Assembly: GCF_009914755.1 (NCBI RefSeq)
Contig: NC_060940.1
Reading direction: 5' to 3' (one strand)
DNA: 64,000 nucleotides
From: the human T2T-CHM13v2.0 reference genome, Homo sapiens
Translations under genes and position numbers: made by a program
In this document: in pieces, positions 27,323 to 43,500 of the stretch
Layout of the letters: the number at the start of each line of letters is the position of its first letter
Position numbering within the stretch: position 1 is the first letter of the stretch
The notes under the pieces: generated by a model
What the model was told of the DNA's origin: nothing
The model's input: the letters and a program-made list of their open reading frames with translations, nothing else
The model's database searches: none

Positions 27323-30300
27323 ATCATTCCATTTAATTTCATTCGATGTTGATTCCATTCGATTACATTCGACGATTCCATTCTATTCCATTCGATGATG
27401 ATTCCATTCGAGTCCATTCGATGATTCCATTCGAGTCCATTTAATGATTCCATTGGGTTCAATTCAATGATGATTACATTGGATTCCGTTCTATGATTCC
27501 ATTCAATTCCGTTCATTGACAATTTGATTCCATTCGATGATGATTCCATTTGAGTTCATTCGATGATTCTATTCGATTCTCTTCGATGGTGATTCAATTC
27601 TATTATATTGGATGATTCCATTCGATTCCATTTGATGTTGATTCAATTCGATTCTATTCGATGATGATTCCATTGGATTTCACTTGATGATTCTATTCGA
27701 TTCCATTCAATGATGATTCACTTCTCGTCCATTGGATGATTCCATTTCATTCCATTCGATGATGATTCCATTCGATTCCATTCGATGATTCAATTTGATT
27801 CCATGCGACGGTGAGCAATTCGATTCAATTCCATGATGATTCTATTTGATTCAATTAGATGATGTTTCCATTCGAATCCATTCCATGATTATTCCATTGG
27901 AATCCATTCGGTGATGATTCCATATGAGTCAATTCAATGATGATTCCATATGGGTCCGTTCGATGATAATTCCATTTGATTTCATTCGATGCTTCTATTC
28001 AATTCCAGTTGATGATGATTCCGTTGGAGTCCATACGATGATTCCATTTGATTTCATTTCATGATGATTCCATTCGATTCCATTCGATGATGATTACATT
28101 GGATTCCATTCTATGATTCCATTCAATTCCATTCGTTGATGATTCGATTCCCTTCAATGATGATTCCACTTGAGTTCATTCGATGATTCTATTCGATTCC
28201 GTTCGATGGAGATTCAATTCTCTTATATTGGATGATTCCACTCGATTCCATTTGATGATTATTCCATTGGAGTCCACTTAGTGAATCCTTTAGATTCTAC
28301 TCGAAGATGATTCCATTCGAGTCCATTCGATGATACCATTCAATTCCATTCGTTGATGCTTCCATTCAAGTGCATTCGATGATATCATTCGATTCCATTT
28401 GATGATAATTCCATTTGATTCCATGCGATTATTCTATTCGATTCCATTCAATGATAATTCCATTCAATTCAGTGATTCCTCTGGACTCCATTTGATGATG
28501 ATTCCATTCAATGATTCCATTCGATTCTATTCGAAAATGATTCCATTTGAATCCATTTGATGATGATTCCATTAGATTCCATTTGATGATTCCATTCGAT
28601 TCCATTCGACGATGATTCCATTCGATTCCATTTGATGATTCCATTCTATTCTGTTCGATGATGATTCCATTCGATTCCATTCGATGATGATTGGATTCGA
28701 TTCCATTTGATGACTTCATTTGATTCCATTCGTTAATGATTTCGATCAATTCCATTCGATGATTCCATTCGATTCCATTCGATAATGATTACATCCGAGT
28801 CCATTCGATGATTCCATTTGAGCCCGTTCGATAATTCCATTTGAGTCCAATCAATGATTCCATTCATTTCCATTCAATGATTCCATTCGAGTCCATTTGA
28901 TCATTCCGGTAGGGTCCATTCGATGTTGATTCCATTGGAGTGCATTCGATGATTCCATTCGAGTCCATTTTAGGATTTGATTCGAGTCCTTTCGATGATT
29001 CCATTCGACTCCACTCGATGATGATTTCATTCGAGTCCATTCGACACTTCCAATCGATTCCATTTGATGTTTCCTTTCGAGTCCAATTGATGATTCCATT
29101 CAATTCCATTCGATGATGATTCCGTACGGTTCCATTCTGTGATGATTCCATGTGATTGCATTCAATGATGATTCCTTTCGATTGCATTCGATTATGATTC
29201 ATTTCGTCTTCATTCTATGGTTCCACAGGTTTCCATTCGTGTCCATTCCATTATTCCATTCTATTCCATTTGATGATGATTCCATTCGATTCCATTCATT
29301 GGTGATTCCACTCAATTCCATTCAATGATTCCATTCCATTTCTTTCAACAATGATTCCATTACTTTCTAATCGATGATCCACTTGATTCCATTTGACGAC
29401 GATTCCATTCTTGTCCATTCGATGATTCCATTTGATTCCATATGATGATGATTCCATTCGATTCCATACGATGATGATTCCATTGGAGTCCATTCAATGG
29501 TGATTCCATTCAATTCCATTCGATGATTCCTTTCGATTCCATTCGATGATGATGGCATTCGATTCCTTTCAATCATTCCCTTTGATTCCATTCAAAGGTG
29601 ATTTCATTCAAGTCCATTGGATAATTGCATTCGATACCATTCTATGATGATTCCATTCGAGTCCATTTGATGATTCCATTCAATTCAAGTCAATGATGAT
29701 TCCATTCGATTCCATTCGATGATTCCATTGGATTTCATTCGATGATAATTCCATTCAAATCCTTTCGATAATTCAATTCAAGTCCATTCGATGATGATTC
29801 CAATCGAATCCATTCAAAGATTCCATTCAGTTCCATTCGATGATTCCCTTAGATTCCATTCGATGATTCCACTTGATTCCATTTACGATGATTCCATTCG
29901 ATTCCATGTGATGATTCCATTCAATTCTATTCAATGATGTTTCCATTTGATTCCATTCGACCATGATTGCCTTTGATTCCATTCAATGATTCCATTCGGT
30001 TCCTTTTGATGATGATTCCGTTCGATTCCATTTGATGATTCCATTTGATTCCATTGGATGAGTCCATTCGATTACATTCGATGATAATTCCATTCGAGTG
30101 CATTAGATGATTCCATTCGAGTCCATTCGATGATTCCATTCGATTCCATTCGATGTTGATTCTGTTCAAATCCATTCGATGATTCCACTCGATTCCATTC
30201 GATGACTCCATTTGATCCCATTCGATGATTTCCTGTGATTCCCTTTGATGATCATTCCATTTGATTCAATTCGGTGATTTCATTTGATTCCATTCAGTGA

Positions 30301-31519
30301 TGTTTCCATTCGACTCCATTCGATGATGATTCCATTCGACTCCATTCGATTATGATTTCATTCAATTCCATTCGATAATGATTCCCTTCGAGTCCATTCG
30401 ATGATTCCATTCGATTCCATTCAACGATGATTTGATTCGTGTCCATTCGATGATTCCATTTGATTCCACTTGATGATGATTCCATTCCAGTCCATTTGAT
30501 GATTCCATTCAATTCCATTCTCCGATGATTTCTTTTGAGCCCACTCAATGCTTCCACTCGATTCCATATGATGATGACTCCATTCGATGAAATTCGATGA
30601 TGATTCCATTCGCTTGCTTTCGATGATGATTCCACTTGAGTCCGTTAGAAGATTCTATTCAATTACATTCCATGACGATTCCGTTCGAGTCCATTTGATG
30701 ATTCCATTAGACTCCATTTGACGATGATTCCATTCGATGTTATTCGATGATTCCATTCGATCTCATTCGTTGATGATTCCATGCAACTCCATTCGATGTT
30801 TCCATTCGAGTTCATTCTATTATTCCATTAGATTCCATTCGATGATGTTTCCATTCGTTTCCATTTGATGATTGCATTCTATTTCATTTGATGATGATTC
30901 CATTCGAGTCCACTCGATGATTCCATTCGAGTCCATTTAATGAATCCATTGGTTTCAATTCTATGATGATTACATTGGATTCCATTCGTTGATGATTTCA
31001 TTCGGTTCCATTCAATGATGATTCTATACAATTCCTTTCAATGTTTCCATTCAATTCCATACAATGATGATTCCATTTGATTTGATTCGACAGTGAGCCA
31101 TTCGATTCAATTCCATGATGATTCTATTTGATTCAATTGGTTGACATTTCCATTCGATTCCATTCGATGATGATTCCCTTTGATTCCATTCAAAGATGAT
31201 TCCATTCTAGCCCATTCAATCATTCCATTCGATTCTATTCAATGATGATTCCATTCATGTCGATTTGGTGATTCCATTTGACTTCATTTGATGATGATTC
31301 CTTTCAAGTTCATTAGATGATTCCATTCGATTCCATTTGATGATGATCCCATTCGAGTCCATTCAGTGATTCCATTCGTTTCCATTCCATGATGATTCCA
31401 TTCCATTCCATTCAATGATTCCATTCGATTCTGTTTGATGATTATTTCATTCGAGTCCATTTGATGATTCCATTTGATTCCATTCGATGATGATTCCATT
31501 CGAGTCCATTCGATGATTC
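27323..31519 (+). repeat. Partial third copy of the super-repeat, running into an undeleted unit
   Basis: Markers continue at +13661/+13664 (15187/28851, 16630/30294, 17620/31284) with shared variants (gtcttcattc, cattggataatt, ttccagtcc). The 1618-bp deletion expected near 31487-31519 is absent. Confidence 0.8.
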
Positions 31520-34492
31520 TATTCGAATCCACTTGATGATTTCTTTTGATTATAGTTGGTGATGATTCCTTTGGAGTCCATTCAATGATTCCATTCGATT
31601 CCAATCGATGGTGATTCCATTAGAGTCCATTTAATGATTCCATTTGATTCCAGTCTCTGATGATTACATTCGAGTCCATACGATGATTCCACTCAATTCC
31701 ATATGATGATGATTCCATTCGATTCCATTCGATGATTCCATTCTATTCTATTCAATGGTGATTCCATTCGAGTACATTAGAGGATTCCATTCGATTCCAT
31801 TCAATGATGATTCTATTTGTGTCCCTTAGATGATTCCACATGATTCCATTAGATGATGATACTATTTGAGCCCATCCAATGATTCCCTTCGATTCCATTC
31901 GATGAGGATTCCATTCGATTCAATTCATTGGTGGTTCTATTCAATTCAATTCTTTGATTCCATTGCATTCCATTCGACAATGATTCCATTCGATTTCTTT
32001 TGATGATTCCACTCGATTCCACTTGACATTGATTCCATTCGATTCCATTCAATGATTCCATTTGATTCCAGTGGATTATGATTGCCATCGATTCCATTCG
32101 ATCACTCCATTCTATTCCATTTGATGATGATTACATTCGATTCCATTTGATGATTCCATCTGATTCTATTCGAGGATTCCATTTGATTCCATTCGCTGAT
32201 GATTCCATTCGAGTCCATTCGATGATTTCATTCGAGTACATCCAATGATTCCATTCGAGTCCATTTGATGATTCCATTTGATTCCATTTGATTATGATTC
32301 TACTAGAGTACACTCAATGACTCCATTCGAGTCCATTCAACAATTCCATTCGACTCCATTCGATGATTCCATTCGATTCCATTTGATGATTCCATTCGAG
32401 TCCATTTAATCATTACAGTCGAGTCCATTTGGTGATTCCACTGGATTTCTTTTGATAATGATACCATTCAATTACATTTGATGATGATCCCATTCAATTT
32501 CATTTGATGATGATTCCATTAGAGTCCATTCGATGATTTCATTCGAGTCCCTTCATTGATTCCATCCGATTTCATTGGATGATGACTCCATTCGAGTCCA
32601 TTCGATGATTCCACTCGATTCCATTAGATGATTCCTTTGGAGTCCATTTGATTGTTCCATTCGATTCCATTCGATTCCTTTCGAAGATTATTCCATTTGA
32701 GTCCATTCGATGATGATTCCATTCCATTCCATTCGATGATTCCGTTTGATTCCATTCGATGCTTCCCTTCGATTCCTTTCTTTGATGATTCCATTCCATT
32801 CCATTCAATGATTCCATTCGAATCTATTCCATGATGATTCCTTTCGATTCCATTCGCTGATGTTTCCGTTCAATTCCATTCGATGATGATTCCATTCGAT
32901 TCCACTCATTGAGGATTCCATTTCATTCCATTCAATGATGATTCCATTCTATTCCATTCAATGATTGCATTCAATTCCATTCAATGATCATCCCCTTAGA
33001 GTAAACTCAACGATTCCATTCAATACCATTCGATGATGATTCCTTTTGAGTCCATTCAATAATTTCATTAAAGTCCATTTGATGATTCCTTTCAATTCCA
33101 TTCTATGATGATTCCATTCGAGTCCATTCGATGATTCCATTCGATTACATTCGACGATTCCATTATATTCCATTCAACGATGATTCCATTCGAGTCCATT
33201 CGATGATTCCATTAGAGTACATTTAATGATTGCTTTGTTTTCAATTCGAAGATGATTACATTGGATTCCATTCTATGATACCATTCGATTCCATTCAATG
33301 ATGATTCCACTCAAATCCATTGGATGATTCCATTCGTGTCCATTCGGTGATTTAATTAGATTCCATTCGAGGATGATTCCTTTCGATTCCATTCGATGAT
33401 TTCATTGAATTCCATTCGATGATGATTCCATTCGAGTCCATATGATCATTCCATTTGATTTCATTCGATGATGATTCCATTCGATTCCATTCGATGATTC
33501 CATTCTATTCCATTCGATGATGATTCCATTCGAGTCCATTCGATGATTCCATTCGAGTCCATTTAATGATTCCATTGGGTTCAATTCAATGACGATTACA
33601 TTGGATTCCGTTCTATGATTCCATTCAATTCCGTTCATTGACAATTTGATTCCATTCGATGATGATTCCATTTGAGTTCATTCGATGATTCTATTCGATT
33701 CTCTTCGATGGTGATTCAATTCTATTATATTGGATAATGCCATTCGATTCCATTTGATGTTGATTCAATTCGATTCTATTCGATGATGATTCCATTGGAT
33801 TTCACTTGATGATTCTATTCGATTCCATTCAATGATGATTCACTTCTCGTCCATTGGATGATTCCATTTCATTCCATTCGATGATGATTCCATTCGATTC
33901 CATTCGATGATTCCATTTGATTCCATGCGACGTTGAGCAATTCGATTCAATTCCATGATGATTCTATTTGATTCAATTAGATGATGTTTCCATTCGAATC
34001 CATTCCATGATTATTCCATTGGAATCCATTCGGCGATGATTCCATATGAGTCAATTCAATGATGATTCCATATGGGTCCGTTCGATGATAATTCCATTTG
34101 ATTTCATTCGATGCTTCTATTGTATTCCAGGCGATGATGATTCCGTTGGAGTCCATACGATGATTCCATTTGATTTCATTTGATGATGATTCCATTCGAT
34201 GATGATTACATTGGATTCCATTCTATGATTCCATTCAATTCCATTCGTTGATGATTCGATTCCATTCAATGATGATTCCATTTGAGTTCATTCGATGATT
34301 CTATTCGATTCCGTTCGATGGTGATTCAATTCTATTATATTGGATGATTCCACTCGATTCCATTTGATGATTATTCCATTGGAGTCCACTTAGTGAATCC
34401 TTTAGATTCTACTCGAAGATGATTCCATTCGAGTCCATTCGATGATACTATTCAATTCCATTCGTTGATGCTTCCATTCAAGTGCATTCGAT
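28381..34492 (+). repeat. Full-length higher-order unit, 6112 bp
   Basis: GATATC at 28381 and 34493; all internal markers in canonical order; one 10-bp deletion near 34195. Confidence 0.9.
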
Positions 34493-37400
34493 GATATCAT
34501 TCGATTCCATTTGATGATAATTCCATTTGATTCCATGCGATGATTCTATTCGATTCCATTCAATGATAATTCCATTCAATTCAGTGATTCCTCTGGACTC
34601 CATTTGATGATGATTCCATTCAATGATTCCATTCGATTCTATTCGAAAATGATTCCATTTGAATCCATTTGATGATGATTCCATTGGATTCCATTTGATG
34701 ATTCCATTCGATTCCATTCAACGATGATTCCATTCGATTCCATTTGATGATTCCATTCTATTCTATTCGATGATGATTCCATTCGATTCCATTCGATGAT
34801 GATTGGATTCGATTCCATTTGATTATTTCATTTCATTCCATTCGTTAATGATTTCGATCAATTCCATTCAATGATTCCATTTGATTCCATTCGATAATGA
34901 TTACATCCGAGTCCATTCGATGATTCCATTTGAGCCTGTTCGATAATTCCATTTGAGTCCAACAATGATTCCATTCATTTCCATTCAATGATTCCATTCG
35001 AGTACATTTGATCATTCCGGTAGGGTCCATTCGATGTTGATTCCATTGGAGTGCATTAGATGATTCCATTCGAGTCCATTCGATGATTCCATTCGATTCC
35101 ATTCGATGTTGATTCTGTTCAAATCCATTCGATGATTCCACTCGATTCCATTCGATGACTCCTTTTGATCCCATTCGATGATTTCCTTTGATTCCCTTTG
35201 ATGATCATTCCATTTGATTCAATTCGGTGATTTCATTTGATTCCATTCAGTGATGTTTCCATTCGACTCCATTCGATGATGATTCCATTCAATGATTCCA
35301 TTCGATTCTATTCCAAAATGATTCCATTTGAATCCATTTGATGACGATTCCATTCCATTCCATTTGATGATTCCATTCTATTCTATTCGATGGTGATTCC
35401 ATTCGATTCCATTCGATGATGATTGGATTCGATTCCATTTGATGATTTCATTTGATTCCATTCGTTAATGATTTCGATCAATTCCATTCGATGATTCCAT
35501 TCGATTCCATTCGATAATGATTACATCCGAGTCCATTCGATGATTCCATTTGAGCCTGTTCGATAATTCCATTTGAGTCCAACCAATGATTCCATTCATT
35601 TCCATTCAATGATTCCATTCGAGTCCATTTGATTATTCCGGTAGGGTCCATTCGATGTTGATTCCATTGGAGTGCATTCGATGATTCCATTCGAGTCCAT
35701 TTTAGGATTTGATTCGAGTCCTTTCGATGATTCCATTCGATTCCACTCGATGATGATTTCATTCGAGTCCATTCGACACTTCCAATCGATTCCATTTGAT
35801 GATTCCATTCGAGTCCAATTGATGATTCCATTCAATTCCATTCCATGATGATTCCGTACGATTCCATTCTGTGATGATTCCATGTGATTGCATTCAATGA
35901 TGATTCCTTTCGATTGCATTCGATTATGATTCATTTCGTGTTCATTCTATGGTTCCACAGGTTTCCATTCGTGTCCATTCCATTATTCCTTTCTATTCCA
36001 TTTGATGATGATTCCATTCGATTCCATTCATTGGTGATTCCACTCAATTCCATTCAATGATTCCATTCCATTTCATTCAACAATGATTCCATTAGTTTCT
36101 AATCGATGATCCACTTGATTCCATTTGACGACGATTCCATTCTTGTCCATTCGATGATTCCATTTGATTCCATATGATGATGATTCCATTCGATTCCATA
36201 CCATGATGATTCCATTCGAGTCCATTCAATGGTGATTCCATTCAATTCCATTCGATGATTCCTTTTGATTCCATTCGATGATGATGGCATTCGGTTCCTT
36301 TCAATCATTCCCTTTGATTCCATTCAAAGGTGATTTCATTCAAGTCCATTCGATAATTGCATTCGATTCCATTCTATGATGATTCCATTCGAGTCCTTTC
36401 GATTATGATTTCATTCAATTCCATTCGATAATGATTCCCTTCGAGTCCATTCGATGATTCCATTCGATTCCATTCAACGATGATTTGATTCGTGTCCATT
36501 CGATGATTCCATTTGATTCCACTTGATGATGATTCCATTCGAGTCCATTTGATGATTCCATTCAATTCCATACTCCGACGATTTCTTTTGAGCCCACTCA
36601 ATGCTTCCACTCGATTCCATATGATGATGACTCCATTCGATGAAATTCGATGATGATTCCATTCGCTTGCTTTCGATGATGATTCCACTTGAGTCCGTTA
36701 GAAGATTCTATTCAATTACATTCCATGACGATTCCGTTCGAGTCCATTTGATGATTCCATTAGACTCCATTCGACGATGATTCCATTCGATGTTATTCGA
36801 TGATTCCATTCGATCTCATTCGATGATGATTCCATTCAACTCCATTCGATGTTTCCATTCGAGTTCATTCTATTATTCCATTAGATTCCATTCGATGATG
36901 ATTCCATTCGATTCCATTTGATGATTGCATTCTATTTCATTTGATGATGTTTCCATTCGAGTCCACTCGATGATTCCATTAGAGTCCATTTAATGAATCC
37001 ATTGGTTTCAATTCTATGATGATTACATTGAATTCCATTCGTTGATGATTTCATTCGGTTCCATTCAATGATGATTCCATTCAATTCCTTTCAATGTTTC
37101 CATTCAATTCCATACGATGATGATTCCATTTGATTTGATTCGACAGTGAACCATTCGATTCAATTCCATGATGATTCTATTTGATTCAATTGGGTGACAA
37201 TTCCATTCGTTTCCATTCGATGATGATTCCCTTTGATTCCATTCAAAGATGATTCCATTCCAGCCCATTCAATCATTCCATTCGATTCTATTCAATGATG
37301 ATTCCATTCATGTCGAGTTGGTGATTCCATTTGACTCCATTTGATGATGATTCCTTTCAAGTTCATTAGATGATTCCATTCGATTCCATTTGATGATGAT

Positions 37401-40400
37401 CCCATTCGAGTCCATTCAGTGATTCCATTCGTTTCCATTCCATGATGATTCCATTCCATTCCATTCAATGATTCCATTCGATTCCGTTTGATGATGATTT
37501 CATTCGAGTCCATTTGATGATTCCATTTGATTCCATTCGATGATGATTCCATTCGAGTCCATTCGATGATTCTATTCGAATCCATTTGATGATTTCTTTT
37601 GATTATAGTTGGTGATGATTCCATTGGAGTCCATTCAATGATTCCATTCGATTCCAATCGATGGTGATTCCATTAGAGTCCATTTAATGATTCCATTTGA
37701 TTCCAGTCTCTGATGATTACATTCGAGTCCATACGATGATTCCACTCAATTCCATATGATGATGATTCCATTCGATTCCATTCGATGATTCCATTCTATT
37801 CTATTCAATGGTGATTCCATTCGAGTACATTAGATGATTCCATTCGATTCCATTCAATGATGATTCTATTTGTGTCCCTTAGATGATTCCACATGATTCC
37901 ATTAGATGATGATACTATTTGAGCCCATCCAATGATTCCCTTCGATTCTGTTCGATGAGGATTCCATTCGATTCAATTCATTGGTGATTCAATTCAATTC
38001 AATTCTTTGATTCCATTCCATTCCATTCGACAATGATTCCATTCGATTTCTTTCGATGATTCCACTCGATTCCACTTGACATTGATTCCATTCGATTCCA
38101 TTCAATGATTCCATTTGATTCCAGTGGATGATGATTGCCATTGATTCCATTCGATCACTCCATTCTATTCCATTTGATGATGATTACATTCGATTCCATT
38201 TGATGATTCCATCTGATTCTATTCGAGGATTCCATTTGATTCCATTCGATGATGATTCCATTCGAGTCCATTCGATGATTTCATTCGAGTACATCCAATG
38301 ATTCCATTCGAGTCCATTTGATGATTCCATTTGATTCCATTTGATTATGATTCTACTAGAGTCCATTCAATGACTCCATTCGAGTCCATTCAACAATTCC
38401 ATTCGACTCCATTCGATGATTCCATTCGATTCCATTTGATGATTCCATTCGAGTCCATTTAATCATTAGAGTCGAGTCCATTTGGTGATTCCGCTGGATT
38501 TCTTTTGATAATGATACCATTCCATTACATTTGATGATGATCCCATTCAATTTCATTTGATGATGATTCCCTTAGAGTCCATTCGAAGATTTCATTCGAG
38601 TCCCCTCATTGATTCCATCCGATTTCATTGGATGATGTCTCCATTCGAGTCCATTCGATGATTCCACTCGATTCCATTAGATGATTCCATTGGAGTCCAT
38701 TTGATTGTTCCATTCGATTCCATTCGATTCCTTTCGAAGATTATTCCATTTGAGTCCATTCGATGATGATTCCATTCCATTCCATTCGATGATTCCGTTT
38801 GATTCCATTCGATGATTCCCTTCGATTCCTTTCTTTGATGATTCCATTCCATTCCATTCAATGATTCCATTCGAATCTATTCCATGATGATTCCTTTCGA
38901 TTCCATTCGCTGATGTTTCCGTTCAATTCCATTCGATGATGATTCCATTCGATTCCATTCATTGAGGATTCCATTTGATTCCATTCAATGATGATTCCAT
39001 TCTATTCCATTCAATGATTGCATTCAATTCCATTCAATGATTATCCCATTAGAGTGAACTCAACGATTCCATTCAATACCATTCGATGATGATTCCTTTT
39101 GAGTTCATTCAATGATTTCATTCAAGTCCATTTGATGATTCCTTTCAATTCCATTCTATGATGAATCCATTCGATTCCATTCGATGATTCCATTCGATTG
39201 CATTCCATGATTCCATTATATTCCATTCAACGGTGATTCCATTCGAGTCCATTCGATGATTCCATTAGAGTACATTTAATGATTGCTTTGTTTTCAATTC
39301 GAAGATGATTACATTGGATTCCATTCTATGATACCATTCGATTCCATTCAATGATGATTCCACTCAAATCCATTGGATGATTCCATTCGTGTCCATTCGG
39401 TGATTTCATTAGATTCCATTCGAGGATGATTCCTTTCGATTCCATTCGATGATTCCATTCAATTCCATTCGATGATGATTCCATTCGAGTCCATATGATC
39501 ATTCCATTTGATTTCATTCGATGATGATTCCATTCGATTCCATTCGATGATTCCATTCTATTCCTTTCAATGATGATTCCATTCGAGTCCATTCGATGAT
39601 TCCATTCGAGTCCATTTAATGATTCCATTGGGTTCAATTCAATGATGATTACATTGGATTCCTTTCTACGATTCCATTCAATTCCGTTCATTGACAATTT
39701 GATTCCATTCGATGATGATTCCATTTGAGTTCATTCGATGATTCTATTCGATTCTCTTCGATGGTGATTCAATTCTATTATATTGGATGATGCCATTCGA
39801 TTCCATTTGATGTTGATTCAATTCGATTCTATTCGATGATGATTCCATTGGATTTCACTTGATGATTCTATTCGATTCCATTCAATGATGATTCACTTCT
39901 CGTCCATTGGATGGTTCCATTTCATTCCATTCGATGATGATTCCATTCGATTCCTTTCGATGATTCCATTTGATTCCATTCGACGGTGAGCAATTCGATT
40001 CAATTCCATGATGATTCTATTTGATTCAATTAGATGATGTTTCCATTCGAATCCATTCCATGATTATTCCATTGGAATCCATTCGGCGATGATTCCATAT
40101 GAGTCAATTCAATGATGATTCCATATGGGTCCGTTCGATGATAATTCCATTTGATTTCATTCGATGCTTCTATTCAATTCCAGTTGATGATGATTCCGTT
40201 GGAGTCCATACGATGATTCCATTTGATTTCATTTGATGATGATTCCATTCGATTCCATTCGATGATGATTACATTGGATTCCATTCTATGATTCCATTCA
40301 ATTCCATTCGTTGATGATTCGATTCCATTCAATGATGATTCCATTTGAGTTCATTCGATGATTCTATTCGATTCCATTCGATGGTGATTCAATTCTCTTA

Positions 40401-40555
40401 TATTGGATGATTCCACTCGATTCCATTTGATGATTATTCCATTGGAGTCCACTTAGTGAATCCTTTAGATTCTACTCGAAGATGATTCCATTCGAGTCCA
40501 TTCGATGATACCATTCAATTCCATTCGTTGATGCTTCCATTCAAGTGCATTCGAT
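34493..40555 (+). repeat. Complex rearranged unit, 6063 bp
   Basis: GATATC at 34493 and 40556; equals 669 + 6122 - 49 - 679, with junctions at ~35049, ~35280, ~35350 and ~36390. Confidence 0.85.
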
Positions 40556-43500
40556 GATATCATTCGATTCCATTTGATGATAATTCCATTTGATTCCATG
40601 CGATGATTCTATTCGATTCCATTCAATGATAATTCCATTCAATTCAGTGATTCCTCTGGACTCCATTTGATGATGATTCCATTCAATGATTCCATTCGAT
40701 TCTATTCGAAAATGATTCCATTTGAATCCATTTGATGATGATTCCATTAGATTCCATTTGATGATTCTATTCGATTCCATTCGACGATGATTCCATTCGA
40801 TTCCATTTGATGATTCCATTCTATTCTATTCGATGATGATTCCATTCGATTCCATTCGATGATGATTGGATTCGATTCCATTTGATGATTTCATTTGATT
40901 CCATTCGATAATGATTTTGATCAATTCCATTCGATGATTCCATTCGATTCCATTCGATAATGATTACATCCGAGTCCATTCGATGATTCCATTTGAGCCC
41001 GTTCGATAATTCCATTTGAGTTCAATCAATGATTGCATTCATTTCCATTCAATGATTCCATTCGAGTCCATTTGATCATTCCGGTAGGGTCCGTTCGATG
41101 TTGATTCCATTGGAGTGCATTCGATGATTCCATTCGAGTCCATTTTATGATTTGGTTCGAGTCCTTTCGATGATTCCATTTGATTCCACTCGATGATGAT
41201 TTCATTCGAGTCCATTCGACACTTCCAATCGATTCCATTTGATGTTTCCTTTCGAGTCCAATTGATGATTCCATTCAATTCCATTCGATGATGATTCCGT
41301 ACGATTCCACTCTGTGATGATTCCAAGTGATTGCATTCAATGATGATTCCTTTCGATTGCATTCGATTATGATTCATTTCGTGTTCATTCTATGGTTCCA
41401 CAGGTTTCCATTCGTGTCCATTCCATTATTCCATTCTATTCCATTTGATGATGATTCCCTTCGATTCCATTCATTGGTGATTCCACTCAATTCCATTCAA
41501 TGATTCCATTCCATTTCTTTCAACAATGATTCCATTAGTTTCTAATCGATGATCCACTTGATTCCATTTGACGACGATTCCATTCTTGTCCATTCGATGA
41601 TTCCATTTGGTTCCATATGATGATGATTCCATTCGATTCCATACGATGGTGATTCCATTCGAGTCCATTCAATGGTGATTCCATTCAATTCTATTCGAAG
41701 ATTCCTTTCGATTCCATTCGATGATGATGGCATTCGATTCCTTTCAATCATTCCCTTTGATTCCATTCAAAGGTGATTTCATTCAAGTCCATTCGATAAT
41801 TGCATTCGATTCCATTCTATGATGATTCCATTCGAGTACATTTGATGATTCCATTCAATTCAAGTCAATGATGATTCCATTCGATTCCATTCGATGATTC
41901 CATTTGATTCCATTCGATGATGATTCCATTCAAATCCATTCGATAATTCAATTCAAGTCCATTCGATGATGATTCCAATCGAATCCATTCAAAGGTTCCA
42001 TTCAGTTCCATTCGATGATTCCCTTAGATTTCATTCGATGATTCCACTTGATTCCATTTACGATGATTCCATTCGATTCCATGTGATGATTCCATTCAAT
42101 TCTATTCAATGATGTCTCCATTTGATTCCATTCGACCATGATTGCCTTTGATTCCATTCAATGATTCCATTCGTTTCCTTTTGATGATGATTCCGTTCGA
42201 TTCCATTTGATGATTCCATTTGATTCCATTGGATGAGTCCATTCGATTACATTCGATGATTATTCCATTCGAGTGCATTAGATGATTCCATTCGAGTCCA
42301 TTCGATGATTCCATTCGATTCCATTCGATGTTGATTCTGTTCAAATCCATTCGATGATTCCACTCGATTCCATTCGATGACTCCATTTGATCCCATTCGA
42401 TGATTTCCTGTGATTCCCTTTGATGATCATTCCATTTGATTCAATTCGGTGATTTCATTTGATTCCATTCAGTGATGTTTCCATTCGACTCCATTCGATG
42501 ATGATTCCATTCGACTCCATTCGATTATGATTTCATTCAATTCCATTCGATAATGATTCCCTTCGAGTCCATTCGATGATTCCATTCGATTCCATTCAAC
42601 GATGATTTGATTCGTGTCCATTCGATGATTCCATTTGATTCCACTTGATGATGATTCCATTCGAGTCCATTTGATGATTCCATTCAATTCCATTCTCCGA
42701 TGATTTCTTTTGAGCCCACTCAATGCTTCCACTCGATTCCATATGATGATGACTCCATTCGATGAAATTCGATGATGATTCCATTCGCTTGCTTTCGATG
42801 ATGATTCCACTTGAGTCCGTTAGAAGATTCTATTCAATTACATTCCATGACGATTCCGTTCGAGTCCATTTGATGATTCCATTAGACTCCATTCGACGAT
42901 GATTCCATTCGATGTTATTCGATGATTCCATTCGATCTCATTCGTTCATGATACCATTCAACTCCATTCGATGTTTCCATTCGAGTTCATTCTATTATTC
43001 CATTAGATTCCATTCGATGATGATTCCATTCGATTCCATTTGATGATTGCATTCTATTTCATTTGATGATGATTCCATTCGAGTCCACTCGATGATTCCA
43101 TTCGAGTCCATTTAATGAATCCATTGGTTTCAATTCTATGATGATTACATTGGATTCCATTCGTTGATGATTTCATTCGGTTCCATTCAATGATGATTCT
43201 ATTCAATTCCTTTCAATGTTTCCTTTCAATTCCATACGATGATGATTCCATTTGATATGATTCGACAGTGAGCCATTCGATTCAATTCCATGATGATTCT
43301 ATTTGATTCAATTGGTTGACATTTCCATTCGATTCCATTCGATGATGATTCCCTTTGATTCCATTCAAAGATGATTCCATTCTAGCCCATTCAATCATTC
43401 CATTCGATTCTATTCAATGATGATTCCATTCATGTCGATTTGGTGATTCCATTTGACTTCATTTGATGATGATTCCTTTCAAGTTCATTAGATGATTCCA

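Noticed and set aside
32652-32834. Single plus-strand 60-aa ORF
   Set aside because: Low-complexity satellite translation with a non-ATG start, open by chance of one variant.
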